This document shows positions 34,109 through 42,650 of a stretch of 64,000 nucleotides of DNA, piece after piece. Position numbers and translations under genes: made by a program. The stretch's first letter is position 1. Every line of letters begins with the position of its first letter. Under the pieces are notes generated by a model. The model did no database searches. It saw only the letters and a program-made list of their open reading frames with translations, and had not been told where the DNA came from. Source of the DNA: Acidimicrobiia bacterium (GTDB lineage: Bacteria; Actinomycetota; Acidimicrobiia; Acidimicrobiales; Bin134); assembly GCA_009842675.1 (NCBI GenBank), contig VYEX01000021.1, positions 11,572-75,571 on the forward strand, given 5' to 3'.

Positions 34109-34885
34109 TCAGCCCGCTGCGATCCCGGCGCTCGCCATCAGACCGTTCAATGTGCTGGGGAAGGTCTGTCCGATGTCGAACTGATTTGGTACCACTCCCT
34201 CGGCCTCGAACAGCTCTTCGAGGTCGTGCAGATCGGCTTCGGCGGCCCCGCCCAACTCCACTCGCTCGAAATAGACCACGGCCAAGATTTCCCGAGCGGA
34301 GAGCTTGTCGCCGTTGGAGGGCATGCCGGCTGTGGAGATCTCGCCTTGGTCGTTATACACCTGTCCTGCGGGGGGCGAGCCGTTGACCACCCAGATCACA
34401 TGATTCCGCCAGTCGTTGAAAGCGGCCAAGACTTCGCCGTCAACCAGCGCCGGGCCGATTCCGCCGCCGCCCTCGGCGCCGTGGCAGCCGGCGCAACCAC
34501 CGCTGCCGTCATAGACCTCTCGGCCCAAGGCGATGATCTCGGTGTCCCGCTCGGGAGACTCCAGAGTGCCGGCGAAGATGATGGCCCAGAACGGCAGGAA
34601 TATGAGCACCGGCACGGCCCACACGGGAATCTTCTTGCGGGTCATTGCGGCATGAACCCATGGCTTGACCGGCTCGGGTTGAGGTTCGGGCTCCGGTTCC
34701 AGGTCGGGGAGATCGGGCAGAGACGGTGCTGCCGCAGCCTCAGGCGCCTGAGTTTGAGCCACCGCAGGCGCGGCGGCGGTCTCCGATGGCGGAACGTCTG
34801 CTGCGGGTTCGTCGCCGGTGGTCGCGCCGAGGTCCTTGCGACGATCTTGCGATCGCTTCAGCAGATGCTCGGGTACTTCTACCAA
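34109..34885 (-). CDS. membrane-anchored monoheme class I cytochrome c with cytoplasmic N-terminal VPEHLLKR tail
   Basis: Single CAGCH heme motif with a downstream AGMPS Met-ligand region. One TM (IPVWAVPVLIFLPFWAIIFAG). TTG start with GGAGG 4 nt upstream. The N-terminus reads (M)VEVPEHLLKRSQDRRKDLG. Confidence 0.8.
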   Translation of the reverse strand: MVEVPEHLLKRSQDRRKDLGATTGDEPAADVPPSETAAAPAVAQTQAPEAAAAPSLPDLPDLEPEPEPQPEPVKPWVHAAMTRKKIPVWAVPVLIFLPFWAIIFAGTLESPERDTEIIALGREVYDGSGGCAGCHGAEGGGGIGPALVDGEVLAAFNDWRNHVIWVVNGSPPAGQVYNDQGEISTAGMPSNGDKLSAREILAVVYFERVELGGAAEADLHDLEELFEAEGVVPNQFDIGQTFPSTLNGLMASAGIAAG

Positions 34886-34906
34886 CGCTCCTCCGGCGTG
34901 ATTCCC

Positions 34907-34926
34907 GGCTGGCTCGTCAGCCAGCC
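34907..34926. promoter_or_regulatory. perfect 8-bp palindrome/hairpin in the divergent cyt c / bc-operon control region
   Basis: GGCTGGCT-CGTC-AGCCAGCC lies about 20 nt upstream of the cytochrome c SD. The same 200-nt intergenic region also has the direct repeat ACTTTGATG at 34979..34987 and 35016..35024. Confidence 0.35.
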
Positions 34927-35086
34927 CCGTGTCACATTACGTCCGCCCAACGCTAACGGCCTAACCAGCGGGAGCAGTGACTTTGATGCCTCGACAAGAG
35001 GGGGTGACCAGCGGCCACTTTGATGTGTAGGAATACGGGGTGGGGCTACTACTATCAATCGCGACCGGACCCATAAAGGGAGGACC

Positions 35087-35671
35087 GTGGCCGCGAACAG
35101 GCCCATAGACATCGCCGTCACCAAGTTCTACAAGGCCCTCGGAGGATGCTTCGTCCTCTATCTGGCACTGTGGGCTTTCGTTGCCGTCCACCAGTACGAC
35201 GAGGGATTGGGTGCGCCGTACTTCAACGTGGCCTTAACCGCCTCCCTGGTGATCACCGTGCTGGGCATCGTCGCCTTTTTGGAATACGCCCGTCGCCGTC
35301 CAGTGGGCAAGTACCACACATGGGGCGAGGCCATGTTTGGCGCCGCATTGGTCTTTTTCCTGCTTTTCTGGATCTACGGCGTGGTACCCCATCAGTGGCT
35401 GGTGTACGCCGACAGCGAACTAGGCTGGCGCAAAGACCGTTTGATCGAGGGCTACTACGTGGGCAATCAGGGCATCATTGCTTGGGCCCTGCCCTTTGAC
35501 CTTCCCTATCTGGTATTGCGCGATGTAGTGGCGGTGTTGATCTACGGTTTGGCCTTGGCCGGGAATATCGCCGGCTGGATGGTGTGGCAGAACCGGGGCA
35601 AGACCGCCCCGGTCGAGGTGGAGAAGTCCGAGTATGGGCGTCCGATCGTGAGAGAGGGGAGCACAGTCTGA
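35087..35671 (+). CDS. four-TM membrane protein of unknown function, first gene of the Rieske/cyt b operon
   Basis: GTG start with GGGAGG 3 nt upstream. About four hydrophobic helices. The stop overlaps the ferredoxin ATG (TGATG). No family recognised. Confidence 0.6.
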   Translation: MAANRPIDIAVTKFYKALGGCFVLYLALWAFVAVHQYDEGLGAPYFNVALTASLVITVLGIVAFLEYARRRPVGKYHTWGEAMFGAALVFFLLFWIYGVVPHQWLVYADSELGWRKDRLIEGYYVGNQGIIAWALPFDLPYLVLRDVVAVLIYGLALAGNIAGWMVWQNRGKTAPVEVEKSEYGRPIVREGSTV

Positions 35672-36087
35672 TGGCTAGCAGCGATGCCAACCCCCCCATG
35701 CCGGAGTTCCGCGACGACTACGTGCTCGTCGAGGTGGACAACGACTACCTCCAGAGCAAGGTCAAGCCCAAGCAGTTCATCCACATCGATCAGTCCGAGT
35801 GCATCATGTGCGAGGGTTGCGTGGACATCTGCCCGTGGAAGTGCATCCACATGGTTGCACCAGATGCGGTCGACCTGGCGGTGGGCGCTGAACAGCCCGG
35901 CGTAGATCCCAGCGACCATGTGATTTTCACCATCGACGAGGATGCCTGCACCCGTTGCGCCCTGTGCGTGGACCGGTGCCCTACGGGCGTGATCACATTG
36001 GGCCGACTGGGCGACCCCGGAGGCGATGGCGATCCGCATACGCGTATGACCAGCTACGGCTACGGCTACGGCATGCGGTTGACCTAG
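35671..36087 (+). CDS. 2x[4Fe-4S] dicluster ferredoxin-domain protein
   Basis: Two complete CxxCxxCxxxCP motifs: CIMCEGCVDICP and CTRCALCVDRCP. 138 aa. The ATG shares one base with the upstream stop. Confidence 0.8.
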   Translation: MASSDANPPMPEFRDDYVLVEVDNDYLQSKVKPKQFIHIDQSECIMCEGCVDICPWKCIHMVAPDAVDLAVGAEQPGVDPSDHVIFTIDEDACTRCALCVDRCPTGVITLGRLGDPGGDGDPHTRMTSYGYGYGMRLT

Positions 36088-36125
36088 AACTAAGGCCCGG
36101 AACGGACAGAGGACTCAGGAGCAAC

Positions 36126-36911
36126 GTGGCAAAGCAGCCCAGACCACCGGCAAGCGAGCGAGCCAAGCAGGCCGCGAGCCAGATGATGAGCGACATGCAG
36201 GGGTCGCAGGCTTGGTCATCGATCTTCCGCCCGGGGTCTATCTTCCGCAAGGGATACAGCGACAGCCCTAGGAACCGCAGCTACGTGATCATGAACAGCG
36301 TGCTGTACCACCTTCACCCGGTGAAGGTGAAGCGCCACGCGGTGAAGGTCAGCTACACCCTCTGCCTGGGCGGTCTCAGCTTTTTCTTGTTCATCCTCCT
36401 TACCGTGACCGGTATCTTCTTGATGTTTTTCTACCGCCCCACTGCGGCACAGGCCTGGGACGACATCTATACCCTCCAAACGTCAGTCGCATTCGGGCTG
36501 CTGGTGCGCAACATGCACCGATGGGCCGCGCACCTCATGGTCATCACCGTGTTCTTGCACATGGCCAGGGTCTTCTACCACGGGGCCTACAAGCCACCCC
36601 GGGAGTTCAATTGGGTCATCGGCGTCATCTTGTTGACCCTCACCCTGCTGCTGTCGTTCACCGGCTACCTGCTCCCCTGGGACCAGTTGGCCCTATGGGC
36701 GGTGACGGTGGGTACCAACATGATGGGGTTCACCCCGGTATTCGGTGATCAAGTGCGCTTCGTTCTCCTGGGGAGCGTGGAGATCGGCACCGACACGCTG
36801 CTGCGATGGTATGTGCTGCACGTGCTGATGCTGCCCTTTGTGATTGTCATATTCATGGCCATCCACTTCTGGCGAGTAAGAAAGGACGGAGGTATTTCCG
36901 GGCCGCTCTAG
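36126..36911 (+). CDS. cytochrome b6-type subunit (N-terminal four-helix cytochrome b, split form)
   Basis: Collinear with cyanobacterial/plastid cytochrome b6. It has four heme-ligand His (NMHRWAAHLM, RWYVLHVLM...MAIHFW), LPWDQLALWAV, the CLGG Cys equivalent to the heme-ci Cys, and it ends ...RKDGGISGPL like b6. GTG start with AGGAG 5 nt upstream. Confidence 0.9.
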   Translation: MAKQPRPPASERAKQAASQMMSDMQGSQAWSSIFRPGSIFRKGYSDSPRNRSYVIMNSVLYHLHPVKVKRHAVKVSYTLCLGGLSFFLFILLTVTGIFLMFFYRPTAAQAWDDIYTLQTSVAFGLLVRNMHRWAAHLMVITVFLHMARVFYHGAYKPPREFNWVIGVILLTLTLLLSFTGYLLPWDQLALWAVTVGTNMMGFTPVFGDQVRFVLLGSVEIGTDTLLRWYVLHVLMLPFVIVIFMAIHFWRVRKDGGISGPL

Positions 36912-36953
36912 AAGCGACGTTGCAACGACGTTTCCGGCCCGATCTGAAAGCCC

Positions 36954-37742
36954 ATGGCTGAAGTCCCCGAACACCTCCTGAAGCGAGCCCAAGAGGCCCG
37001 TGAGCGCGCCCAAGCCCAACAGGGCGGCGGCGGTGAGGCCGCGCCTGAATCCTCGGGTGCGGAATCGTCCGATGCCGCCCCCGACGAGGGCTCGAGCAGT
37101 CCCAAGATCCCCGACCACTTGCTTGATCGGTCCAAGTCGGCCCGCGATCAGGCCACGTCCGGCGGAGCTGCCCCGGCGGCGGCTGCCGCGGTGGCCACGG
37201 CCCCGATGCCAGCCGGACCGGCTCAGCCTGAGCCCACCGGTCCCGGCGGAGGCACCCAACGGCTGCTCACCGTGGTCAAGTCGGGCTCCATCCAGGATGT
37301 CAAGGCCACCCCCACCGACAAGGTCCACGTCTGGCCCCACTTGCTGGTGGTGGAGTTTGTGGCCGCGCTGATCTTCACCGCCTTCACCCTGATCTTCTCG
37401 ATCTTCGTGAACGCCCCGCTGCTGGAGCTGGCCAACTTCAACGAGACGCCCAACCCGTCCAAGGCCCCGTGGTACTTCCTCGGCCTTCAGGAGCTGCTCA
37501 CCATGTTCCACCCGATGGTGGCGGGCGTGACCATTCCCGGCATTGCGCTGTTCCTGCTGATCCTGGCGCCGTATGTCGACCGCAATCCCAACAAGAAGCC
37601 AGAGGATCGCAAGTTCGCGATCTCGCTCATGACCATCCACCTGATGTTCTGGGCGATCCTGGTTCTTATCGGCTCCTTCTTCAGGGGTCCCGGCTTCAAC
37701 TTCGTCTTCCCGTGGGAAGCCGGGCTCTTCTTCGATCTATAG
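36954..37742 (+). CDS. cytochrome b C-terminal domain / subunit IV (PetD-like) with long disordered N-terminal extension
   Basis: The C-terminal ~150 aa have three TM helices and NPSKAPWYFLGLQELL (the PEWY-motif region). The N-terminal ~110 aa are low complexity and carry MAEVPEHLLKRAQ and PKIPDHLLDRSKS motifs. Confidence 0.85.
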   Translation: MAEVPEHLLKRAQEARERAQAQQGGGGEAAPESSGAESSDAAPDEGSSSPKIPDHLLDRSKSARDQATSGGAAPAAAAAVATAPMPAGPAQPEPTGPGGGTQRLLTVVKSGSIQDVKATPTDKVHVWPHLLVVEFVAALIFTAFTLIFSIFVNAPLLELANFNETPNPSKAPWYFLGLQELLTMFHPMVAGVTIPGIALFLLILAPYVDRNPNKKPEDRKFAISLMTIHLMFWAILVLIGSFFRGPGFNFVFPWEAGLFFDL

Positions 37743-37751
37743 GAACTGACG

Positions 37752-38624
37752 ATGGGCGTCGCACTCTCCATAGCCATACCAATCATCGTGGTTGCCGCGG
37801 TGATCGTTTTGATCGGCGCAACGCGGCGTCGGGAGACCATGGCCGCCGAAGGTCGGCTCACCCGGGAGACCCGTCGCCGCGACCGGGGCCGGGTGGGCAT
37901 CGACGATCCTGCCGGAGCGCCCGACGCTCCCACCGGTCGAGAAGTGGAGCGGGCTGCGGTACTGGCTCGCCAGACTGCGGGCACCGAGTTGGTGGAGGCT
38001 GCCGATGCGTCGGTGGAGGAGTGGACCCCGCCCGATCCCGACGCCGTTGGGGTGAGTCGCCGCCAGTTCTTGAACCGCAGCACCGTGGCCATGATGGGCT
38101 TCAGCCTCACCGGCTTCGGTGCCGCCTGCGTGGCCTTTCTGTGGCCGCCGTTCGTCACCGGTTTCGGCGCCGATGTGAACGCCGGTTTGGTCGACGACGT
38201 GAAGGCCAGGATCAGAGACGAGAATGGTTTCCTGTACCTTCCCGAGGGACGGGCTTGGGTTACCGAGTACCCCGCGGCGGCCCTGCCCAAAGCGCAAGCC
38301 ACCTACAGCGCCCCGGAGCTAACTGGAATGGAGGCCGGCCTAATTGCCCTGTTCCAGAAGTGCCCTCACTTGGGCTGTCGGGTGCCGAATTGTTTGACCT
38401 CGCAGTGGTTCGAGTGCCCCTGCCACGGTTCCCGCTACAACCAGGTGGGCGAGAAGCGGGGCGGACCCGCCCCCCGGGGAATGGACCGGTTCGCTATGTC
38501 GGTGAATTCCAAAGGCGAATTCATCATCAGCACCGGCACCGTGATCCAGGGGCCAGCCATCGGGGTGAACACCACTGGACAGGAGCCTGAAGGTCCGAGC
38601 TGTCTCGGGGGGGCATCGCACTGA
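37752..38624 (+). CDS. Rieske [2Fe-2S] subunit
   Basis: CPHLGCRV...CPCHGSRYN cluster-binding boxes. Tat-like SRRQFLNRS precedes a TM helix, and there is an additional N-terminal TM helix. Confidence 0.9.
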   Translation: MGVALSIAIPIIVVAAVIVLIGATRRRETMAAEGRLTRETRRRDRGRVGIDDPAGAPDAPTGREVERAAVLARQTAGTELVEAADASVEEWTPPDPDAVGVSRRQFLNRSTVAMMGFSLTGFGAACVAFLWPPFVTGFGADVNAGLVDDVKARIRDENGFLYLPEGRAWVTEYPAAALPKAQATYSAPELTGMEAGLIALFQKCPHLGCRVPNCLTSQWFECPCHGSRYNQVGEKRGGPAPRGMDRFAMSVNSKGEFIISTGTVIQGPAIGVNTTGQEPEGPSCLGGASH

Positions 38625-39955
38625 TGCACCTGTTTGCCGCCTCAACCCAGCGCAATCTGGGCATGGCCATTGCGGTGGTGGCCATCGTGGGCTTCGCCAT
38701 CTATCTCATCTACAACGTGTTGTGGGCCGGCCGCGGCGAAAAGGGCTCAGAGGTAGAGCTGGCCCCCAACCGCAAGCCCTACCTCAGCGACGAGGAGTTG
38801 GAGACCAAGAAGCTCGATCTCGCTTTGGTCAGCGGCTTGGTCACCTTGGTCATCATCGGCGTGGCCTTGCCGCTGTACTGGCTGGGCGAGCCCGGACGCC
38901 AGCAGGGCTACCTGGAGTACTCACGAGATCAGTTCACCAGCCGGGGGGCGGGTCTATTTGAGGAGTCGTGCTCCAGCTGCCATGGCGGCGGCGGCCTCGG
39001 CGGCACCACCGACCACACCGTCACCGACGACAACGGGAACTTTGTGGCCGCCATCAAGTGGGAGGTTCCCGCGCTGACCACCACTTTGTACCGCTTCTCA
39101 GAAGAAGAGGTGCGCCACATCCTCAACTACGGCCGCCCGCCCACCCCCATGCAGCCCTGGGGGGCGCCCGGCGGCGGCCCGATGACCACCCAGCAGGTGG
39201 AGGAGCTGATCCAGTACATCCAGAGCATCCAGCTCTCCCCTGACGAGTTGGAGGGCGAGGTACTAGCCGGCCTCATCGCCCAAGTGCGCGACGACGTCTT
39301 GGCGGCCAACACCACACTGAGCGAGCAGCTGGATGAGGCCAACGCCTCAGTGGCCAACGCAGGCGGAGACGACGCCGCTGCGGAAGCTGCCGCCCGCCAG
39401 CTGGCTACGGTCGAGACAACTATTACTGAAATAAGCGAGCAGTACATTCGCGACCTGGCATCGGCTGATCGGGGAGAGCTGCTGTTCAACAACGGGGTCT
39501 ACGGCTGCGCTCGCTGCCACACCCCGAGAGACTCGTGGCGATTCACCGGTCCCGAGGAAGAACCCGGCGCCGGTCCAGTGGTTTTGACCAAGGGATCCGA
39601 TGCCGAGGCTGCGATGGTAGCCCAGCTTGGCAATCTGATTCCCGCTGACATCCCCGGTGGCGGCGGATTTGGACCCAATCTCACCAACGGCGCCACCCTC
39701 CGGCAGTTCGACAGCGCCGAGGGCCACGAGGGCTTTGTCACAATCGGCTCTCAGGAAGGCGTGGGTTACGGCAACTTCGGCCAGGGCGACGGCGGGGGCC
39801 AGATGCCGGCCTTCGGCGCTTGTGTGGGCGACCGGGACTCGGGTGACCGCAGCCCCATATTCGGCTTCTGCACGCTGGAGGACGGCAGCACCCGGCCGGG
39901 CACGCTGACTGCTGCGCAGATTGCCGACATCGTGGCCTACGAGAGGGGATTGTGA
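38624..39955 (+). CDS. membrane-anchored diheme cytochrome c
   Basis: Two heme motifs, CSSCH and CARCH, with Met-ligand regions PMQPWG and GGQMPAFG. Two N-terminal TM helices. The ATG overlaps the Rieske stop (TGATG). Confidence 0.85.
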   Translation: MHLFAASTQRNLGMAIAVVAIVGFAIYLIYNVLWAGRGEKGSEVELAPNRKPYLSDEELETKKLDLALVSGLVTLVIIGVALPLYWLGEPGRQQGYLEYSRDQFTSRGAGLFEESCSSCHGGGGLGGTTDHTVTDDNGNFVAAIKWEVPALTTTLYRFSEEEVRHILNYGRPPTPMQPWGAPGGGPMTTQQVEELIQYIQSIQLSPDELEGEVLAGLIAQVRDDVLAANTTLSEQLDEANASVANAGGDDAAAEAAARQLATVETTITEISEQYIRDLASADRGELLFNNGVYGCARCHTPRDSWRFTGPEEEPGAGPVVLTKGSDAEAAMVAQLGNLIPADIPGGGGFGPNLTNGATLRQFDSAEGHEGFVTIGSQEGVGYGNFGQGDGGGQMPAFGACVGDRDSGDRSPIFGFCTLEDGSTRPGTLTAAQIADIVAYERGL

Positions 39956-41094
39956 GCATGGGCTCGATTCTCTCCGCAGTGAGCACCCTGGGGGCCATCT
40001 CATTCGACAACGAGATCCGCGGCCTGCTGACCGTGCTGTTGGGCTCGGCCATCCTCATGGGATCGGTGTGGCTCATCATTTCCACCAACACCGGCTTCCG
40101 CCTCGGCTCCCTCATAGCCATCTCGGCCATCTTCGGGTGGACGGTGATGATGGCGTTCATCTGGTCGCTGTACGGAATCGGGCTGCAAGGGGCTCGGCCC
40201 ACCTGGGAGGTGCAGGCCATCCACATCGGCAACCCGTCGATCACCGACAACGAGGCCAATCCGCCCCCCGAGATCCTCGACGATCTCCCCAACCCGGTGA
40301 CCTGTGCCACCTTGGGCGACCGAGACTGCCTTCCCAAGGCCATTCAGGTGGTCCGCGTTCTGGGTGACAGCGGCCAAAAGATGGAACTGGACTCCATCAA
40401 TGCCAGTGCTATCCGCGCCGAACTGACCGCATTCAACGACGCGCTGGCCGACGACGACCCCCGCAAGCTTTCGAGCGAGGGGATCGAGAACGAAGTGCAG
40501 CGGCTGGCCGAGGAGCAGCGCATCCGCAACGAAGACCTGACTTTGAGCGAGCTGAAGGGCGTCGCCCCCGATCTCACCGAAGAGGCTGAGCACCGAGGGT
40601 GGTTGGAGCTGGGTAACTGGAATCTGGAGACCACCCAGGCTGCCGGCGAGGCCATCACCGCGGCCAGCGACTATCTGGCTCAGGCCGATCTGGGCTTTGG
40701 CGAAACCGACGCGCAGAGCAACTCATTCGTGGTGCTGGATGCCTTCCAGCAGGGGGGCAAGCCCGAGCGGCTCAACAACGGGGTGTGGGAGCGGGTTAGC
40801 AACAAGGTCATCACCAGTGCCATGCCCCGCCACCCCACCAACTACACGGTGGTGCAGGTCCAGCGGTCGATCTACAAGGAGCCAGTGGCCGGCCAGGCGC
40901 CGCCTCCCACAGAGGTCGATCCCAACGAGCCTGTCATTTCGGTACTCATGGAGCGCAACCTGGGCCGGTTCCGCTTGCCCAGTATTCTGGTCACCATCGG
41001 CTCGGGACTGTTGTTCTTGGCGTCGCTGCTGATGCTCCACACCCGCGACCTGGAAGTCCGCCGTCGCCTGGAGGGCGAAGGCGCGGCCCCATGA
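39952..41094 (+). CDS. membrane protein of unknown function, last gene of the Rieske/cyt b operon
   Basis: GTGA overlap with the cytochrome c stop. About three N-terminal TM helices, a ~220-aa acidic soluble domain and one C-terminal TM helix (ILVTIGSGLLFLASLLML). No family recognised. Confidence 0.6.
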   Translation: MSMGSILSAVSTLGAISFDNEIRGLLTVLLGSAILMGSVWLIISTNTGFRLGSLIAISAIFGWTVMMAFIWSLYGIGLQGARPTWEVQAIHIGNPSITDNEANPPPEILDDLPNPVTCATLGDRDCLPKAIQVVRVLGDSGQKMELDSINASAIRAELTAFNDALADDDPRKLSSEGIENEVQRLAEEQRIRNEDLTLSELKGVAPDLTEEAEHRGWLELGNWNLETTQAAGEAITAASDYLAQADLGFGETDAQSNSFVVLDAFQQGGKPERLNNGVWERVSNKVITSAMPRHPTNYTVVQVQRSIYKEPVAGQAPPPTEVDPNEPVISVLMERNLGRFRLPSILVTIGSGLLFLASLLMLHTRDLEVRRRLEGEGAAP

Positions 41095-41117
41095 TCGTCT
41101 TGGGGGGGTAGACCGCG

Positions 41118-41585
41118 ATGACCGGCCAGTACCTGCCGATCCTCGCCCTCGGAGTCTTGGCCGTGCTGTTCGCCGCTTTGAGCTTCGGTGCCTCCCGTCT
41201 GCTGGCCCCCCGACGCCAGACCAAGGCCAAACTGGCCCCCTACGAGTGCGGGGTGGAGGAGAGCACCGACGCCCCGGAGCGATTTGGGGTCCGGTTCTTC
41301 CTCATCGCCATGATCTTCATCGTCTTCGACATCGAGATCATCTTCTTGTACCCCTGGGCGGTGTCCTACCGGGGATTGGGGTTGTTCGGACTGGTAGCCA
41401 TGGGGATTTTTGCCTTGGCGGTGTTCGAGTCGTTCGTCTACCTCATCGGCAACGGTGCCCTGGACTGGGGTCCCTCTCGACCAATTTTGCGGCGTGACCC
41501 CCGGGTTTCGGCCCGCCGCACCAGCGACACCACCATCCGCCGGGTGGGCTTGGACGGTAGAGGAGCACCGGGGGAGGCGGCATGA
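41118..41585 (+). CDS. nuoA: NADH-quinone oxidoreductase subunit A
   Basis: LAPYECGVE...[22 protein letters not shown]. It has a longer than usual C-terminal tail. Confidence 0.9.
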   Translation: MTGQYLPILALGVLAVLFAALSFGASRLLAPRRQTKAKLAPYECGVEESTDAPERFGVRFFLIAMIFIVFDIEIIFLYPWAVSYRGLGLFGLVAMGIFALAVFESFVYLIGNGALDWGPSRPILRRDPRVSARRTSDTTIRRVGLDGRGAPGEAA

Positions 41586-41622
41586 GACTTCGGCGGTGCC
41601 AGCAACGACAGTGGGCCGACAA

Positions 41623-42219
41623 ATGAAGCTGCCGCTCGTAGGTGATCCCAAGGCCATCGTCGACCAAGGGCTCGAAGGAGTTGACCACAACTTCGTGACC
41701 GGCAAGCTCGAAGACCTGGTCAAGTGGTCTCGGGCTCGGAGTTGCTGGCCGGCCACCTTCGGTCTCGCCTGCTGCGCCATCGAGATGATGGCCACCGGCG
41801 GCGCCCATTACGACTTGGCCCGCTACGGCATGGAGGTGTTCCGGGCTTCACCCCGCCAAGCCGACCTGATGATCGTGGCCGGCCGGGTCTCCCAGAAGAT
41901 GGCACCCATTCTGCGCCGAATCTACGACCAGATGATGGAGCCCAAATGGGTGATTTCCATGGGCGTGTGCGCTTCCAGCGGTGGCATGTTCAACAACTAC
42001 GCCATCGTGCAGGGGGTGGACCAGATCGTGCCGGTGGATGTGTACGCCCCCGGCTGCCCGCCCGGCCCAGAGACCCTCATGCACGCCATCTTGACCCTCC
42101 ACGACAAGATCACCAGCGGGGAGATCACCCGCCGCCGAGATGAGACCGGGGCCGGTGCCAACCTCACCGTCGACCAACGCGACGGTCAATCCTCAACGGG
42201 CGTGGTAATTCGTACATGA
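41623..42219 (+). CDS. nuoB: NADH-quinone oxidoreductase subunit B
   Basis: [25 protein letters not shown] and [10 protein letters not shown] are the N2 cluster Cys motifs. An alternative GTG start lies at 41611. Confidence 0.93.
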   Translation: MKLPLVGDPKAIVDQGLEGVDHNFVTGKLEDLVKWSRARSCWPATFGLACCAIEMMATGGAHYDLARYGMEVFRASPRQADLMIVAGRVSQKMAPILRRIYDQMMEPKWVISMGVCASSGGMFNNYAIVQGVDQIVPVDVYAPGCPPGPETLMHAILTLHDKITSGEITRRRDETGAGANLTVDQRDGQSSTGVVIRT

Positions 42220-42650
42220 ACGACTCGGTGCTGCACGTGCCCCGCGACCAGCTCACCGAGACGGTGGCTGGCTTGCGCGACGAGGGCTATGTGTCGGTCC
42301 TCGACGTGACCGCGGTGGACTATCTGGAGCACCCCGGCCGCACCGATCTGCCCCCCGAGGTGTCACCCGAGCGGTTCGAGCTGGTGGTCACCCTCATCTC
42401 CCACGCTGCGCCGGGCCGCGTCAGGCTGCGGGTTCAAGTGCCGGCCGACGATCCCACCGTCGCCACCCTGTTCGACCTGTACCCCGGCACCGAGGCCCTA
42501 GAACGGGAGGTGGCAGACATGTTCGGCATCGTCTTCGAGGGCCATCCCGACCCCAGCCGCATCCTCATGCCCCCAGACTGGGAAGGCCACCCATTGCGTA
42601 AAGACTTCTCAGTGGGGCAAATCCCCGTTCAATTCAAGGCCACCCAGTGA
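42216..42650 (+). CDS. nuoC: NADH-quinone oxidoreductase subunit C (short form)
   Basis: [42 protein letters not shown]. Confidence 0.88.
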   Translation: MNDSVLHVPRDQLTETVAGLRDEGYVSVLDVTAVDYLEHPGRTDLPPEVSPERFELVVTLISHAAPGRVRLRVQVPADDPTVATLFDLYPGTEALEREVADMFGIVFEGHPDPSRILMPPDWEGHPLRKDFSVGQIPVQFKATQ

